Source: Pavona decussata
Taxonomy: Eukaryota
Assembly (NCBI GenBank): GCA_977016875.1
Contig: CDRNST010000080.1
Coordinates: 4,278,001 to 4,342,000 of the forward strand
Direction of reading: 5' to 3'
Length of the DNA stretch: 64,000 bases
Both the position numbers and the translations under genes were made by a program. This document shows, one piece after another, positions 62,835 through 64,000 of the stretch; position 1 is the stretch's first letter, and each line of letters starts with the position of its first letter. The notes under the pieces were generated by a model. It ran no database searches and was not told the DNA's origin. It saw only the letters and a list, made by a program, of their open reading frames with translations.

Positions 62835-64000
62835 CTCCTTTTTTGAAATACGAACTGAGTAGCAATATTCCGGCAATCTAATCCCGACTAGTTCGTAACG
62901 TCTGTCACCTGTTCTCGAGAATGTCACTTGCCGGAAACTTTTGATATCTCTCTTGCTGAATCTTATTTCCTTTATTTGTCGCTTTACACTCAAACTTTCT
63001 ATTGCGTCATGGTGACGGCGCGCAATTATATCTTCCAGTCACCCTGAAAATGATGAAAGAATTGTTAGCCTGCAAAAGATGGCAATAATAAACTTGGATT
63101 TAAAACGAGAAGAATGAAGAGCGGCGAATGTTTGTTTTTGTTGCCGAAGAAACCAATTTCCTTTTTTGCTTTTGTTGACCATAGTAGATAAGATAAACAG
63201 GCTCAATGTAGGACCCACCGTTAAAATGATGTCTTCTTTCTAAATTTTACTTGAGGGTTTTTCTTTTAGGATTAGAGCCATTATTTAACGTGCGAAAACT
63301 CCAACTGCCTTGTCCAAATATCCAAAGACGGCTGTTCTTCTTCTGCAGTTGTAATATTATTCTTTAAGTGTTTTACAACCACAGAGTGACAAGTTAATTT
63401 CCTGTCGAGTTTAGATGAATTTTCGGAGAATCGGAGTTTGCATATATACTGATTAGCAATTATGATTACAGTGCAAAATTTCATATTTTTCTTAGGACTT
63501 AGGTTAAGCAAAAATTCATCCGTTAATGGCGTAAATAGGGATTATAAAAGATTCACACGTTACAACTCGTTCAACAAAATGAAATTAAGGAGTAAACGGG
63601 ATCGAATAAAAATGCACGTCTTCTCTTTTGAACTCAAAAATGACCTCCGAGCTATTATTTTGCTTAAAAAAAATCTCGGAGAGTTTGAAAACGTTACAGA
63701 ATGTTTATCAAAGAAACTGTTTATTTGAATGCAGCTTGATGCGGTAAACAATTCGAGAGCTTTCAATCATTTAGGTGTCGTAAACAACACTAGGTCTACA
63801 AGAAATGTCTAATCATGATTATCTTTTAAAAAGTAAAGGGTGATAGGATACTTTTTGTCGCTTTACAGGAAGTGAGCCGTACCTTCATCAGTTTACTACC
63901 ACATTGAAATAAACACTGACAAAATTGGTTGCTGCTTATTTGTTATCTCCACTTTCACGTCTCTTGGCAGGTGTCATGAATGTAAAAAGTAATTTGTCGC

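Noticed and set aside
62835-62993. 53-aa N-terminal extension of the GPCR
   Set aside because: It depends on a TTG start; the first in-frame ATG is 62834, though an upstream coding exon was not excluded

Overview
This is AT-rich eukaryotic (animal) DNA. The repeat content, spliceosomal introns, frequent TACATGTA and GPCR type suggest a cnidarian, probably a stony coral (inference). Positions ~1-51.3 kb are a dense graveyard of abutting, truncated transposon fragments: Crypton-type recombinase, IS3EU-like transposase with a HECT fragment, two Mutator-like (Kolobok-Hydra/Phantom-type) transposases, a CACTG end, Polinton/Maverick ends and pPolB, SGNH hydrolase, RecQ, Sola, hAT, two piggyBac families, Ulp1 protease, a near-complete Ngaro retrotransposon, a kinase relic and a Tx1/L1 3' end. 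The region was reshaped by nested tandem duplications (15.7-23.8 kb vs 23.8-34.1 kb; 34.4-36.7 vs 38.7-40.8 kb). Positions ~51-61 kb hold MITEs and palindromic elements. The only clearly intact host gene is a class A GPCR (61833-62834, minus). The most striking feature no single annotation explains is orientation: 15 of 16 independent recognisable TE or cargo coding fragments in 1-51 kb lie on the + strand. That is the architecture of a flamenco-like uni-strand piRNA cluster read from the minus strand, which remains a hypothesis needing small-RNA data. All family calls come from motif recognition by eye, not database searches.
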